Part shown: piece by piece, positions 62,031 to 64,000 of the stretch
Layout of the letters: every line of letters starts with the position of its first letter
Numbering within the stretch: position 1 is the first letter of the stretch
Origin: Pseudogymnoascus verrucosus
Taxonomy: Eukaryota
Strand: one strand, 5' to 3'
Assembly: GCA_001662655.1 (NCBI GenBank)
Contig: KV460239.1
Length of the DNA stretch: 64,000 bases
Translations under genes and position numbers: made by a program
Notes under the pieces: model-generated
What the model was told of the DNA's origin: nothing
Database searches by the model: none
The model's input: the letters and a program-made list of their open reading frames with translations, nothing else

Positions 62031-63540
62031 CTACAACGTCACCGTTGCGTCTCCCTCCCCACTCTCGGCCGGTGTCTCTTCGTCCAGGTTCAAAGTGTGC
62101 ACTGGTGGCTCCTTTTCGCTGTCTTTGGCTGCTTCAGGCGTTTCTGCCTCCTCTTCCACCTTCAGTTCCTCCACCTTCTTCTCATCGGCGGATTCTGGCT
62201 CCGAAGAGGCATTTTCTGATGGTTTGCTGTCGTCGATTTCAATCTTGTCTTCGCCCTCCTGCTCTTTGGTCACCTCTGGGGCACTCTCTGGCTCCTCTGA
62301 CGCCTTCTCTGGGGAGTCATCAACGATGATTGTCATTTCTGCAAGCTCCTCGTCAGGCTCCTGGTGCGAGACCTCACTGTCCTTGATCTTCTCATCTTCC
62401 TCTTGCTTCGCCTCCTCCTCTTCTTTGATTTTCAGCGTCTTTAAGCGTTGTGCCATGTCAGACTCTTCCTCGTCAGCCTCAATAACTGTAGTCACCGCAG
62501 CTCCTGTTGATGGCGAAGATCGTATATGTCTCCTGGTATTGGTACGACTAGCAGCCGCTAAGTGCAAGTCCTCCTCTCCAGTAGTTGATAAATTGCTCAA
62601 GACAGGTGGTTCAGGCTTCAGTATGGTATGTACGACTTTAGGTTCGGCAACTGGCTCAAGGCCCTCCGCCTCGGGGGGCAACTTGTAATTCTCTGCAGGT
62701 AGAAGCTCGTAGTTGTCGCAAACAGTCTTGAATAAAACGTATAATCCTGTTTGTCCCTCCACCTGCCAGAATACGCCCTTATGTTGAAACCACGCATGCG
62801 CAAAGATGCGGTGGAGTCGCCTGAAGATATTTGTCAGGTGCTTGACGCCGGTGCTTTTGTCGTCCATAACATCTCCCGAAGTAAGGCTCAGACGGCTGGG
62901 AAAGATCTTCTGGCTTGTGACTATGTTGGTCGCCCAGTCAAGGGTATGGCAGCAGTAATCGATAGCGCAGCAGGACTTTGGCGACTCGTGAACGGCGCAT
63001 AGAAATTGCCATTCCGAAGCGCGCATTTCGGGGCAGGTGGATGCAGAGCATGCTGGTGTGTCGAATAGAAAGCCAACAATGAGATCGTTGCACTTGTTTA
63101 TGAGGAAGCGGCAGAGCTCGTACAGCCACAGCGCACGGTCGACTCCAAATGGAGGTGTAGCTAGAAGAGACGCGGTTTGCCTGTTTATAGGGACGATAGT
63201 TGATGCCGATGGTCGGGTGTGGTGGTGGTGTAAGGCTTTGAGATGCTCTTGTAATTGGAAGGCAGAATCAAGCTGGGGATTTCTTAGTATCACAGCGCAC
63301 ATGCAAGGGAGCAAAGTTTTTTACCTCCATCAGCGGCACAAGCGGTGGCCCAGCAGCCATGTCTGCTCCCTTCGTCCCAGGGTGAATCCTCCTGCTTGAA
63401 TTCGAATCTATAATGCTCTGCTCCATGGCATTCTCGAGGTTGTTGCTGGAATCTTGAATGGACGGTGACTTCGGGCCAATCTGGATTTCTGTTGGCGGCG
63501 GCGGGCTTGGTAGCCGCGGTGAGCTCGGGGGCAAAGACAT
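62031..63540 (-). CDS. mob3: MOB4/phocein (fungal MOB3), STRIPAK subunit
   Basis: WLYELCR, CSASTCPEMRASEWQFLCAVH, CCAIDYCCHTLD, FPSR, IFRRLHRIFAHAWFQH; acidic tail; one intron. Confidence 0.92.
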
Positions 63541-63823
63541 CTTGGATCGAGGCTCAAGTTGAGGAGTTGGCAACAGTTAGTCCCCTGAGAGCACAGCAGG
63601 CGCTTAAATTCGATGTTCTCTTGTCACGTAAGCTTGTTCGGTACAGCAACCAACGCGGTCGTCACATTAGAAGATCTGGATCATTGGTCGGGCCGTTGGC
63701 GCCAGTTTCCAAAATATATTGACAGCTGTGGCACGTGACAAACATCGGATTTATACATCATGCTCGTTGGGACGGCACTATTGTTTTTAAATTTGTAGCT
63801 TGCTTTGCAACCCCATAGACGCC

Positions 63824-64000
63824 ATGGATATATATGAAGATGATGAGCCTCCGCAGCTCGTTGACGCCGAAACTGAGTTGGTATCAAATGAGGTAGAGGA
63901 TAAAGTTGGAGACAATGTCAAGGTACCTCTTACAATTGTCACTGGTAAGAAATTCAAAAACAGAAAATAGAAATGATACTGAACATTTATAGGATATTTG
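63824..64000 (+). CDS. 5' end of CobW/COG0523 zinc chaperone GTPase (ZNG1-like), truncated by the window edge
   Basis: MDIYEDDEPPQLV...KVPLTIVTG|YL, the start of the Walker A motif split by a GTAAG...TAG intron. Confidence 0.75.

Overview
Gene-dense, intron-containing DNA from a filamentous ascomycete (GT-AG introns with RCTRAC branch points). The protein sequences look Leotiomycete-like, possibly Pseudogymnoascus; this is an impression, not a database result. About 24 protein-coding genes can be built by hand. The conserved ones are ROT1, a histidine acid phosphatase/phytase, IDH2, SEC5, UPF2/NMD2, TOK1, an areB/asd-4 GATA factor, LSB6, a Rad5/16-like SNF2-RING helicase, Rrn11-like, EED, YIP4, a RanBP1-FG protein, HRQ1, a VCX1-type exchanger, MOB4/phocein and the start of CobW/ZNG1. 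Between SEC5 and UPF2 lies a ~13 kb accessory-looking block that starts at a truncated 5S rRNA gene (5' half only). It carries a GH35/DUF5597 + Zn2Cys6 + lactose/cellodextrin-permease trio, a head-to-head pair of secreted Diels-Alderase/AsqO-like paralogs with tandemly repeated promoter motifs, and a SUKH (SMI1/KNR4) protein. Other oddities are a secreted Ala/Asn/Gly low-complexity protein, a repeat-rich RRM protein and alternative-splicing architectures in UPF2 and areB. I saw no transposase, Starship captain, tRNA or CRISPR array. Gene boundaries were derived by eye and may be off by a few bases.
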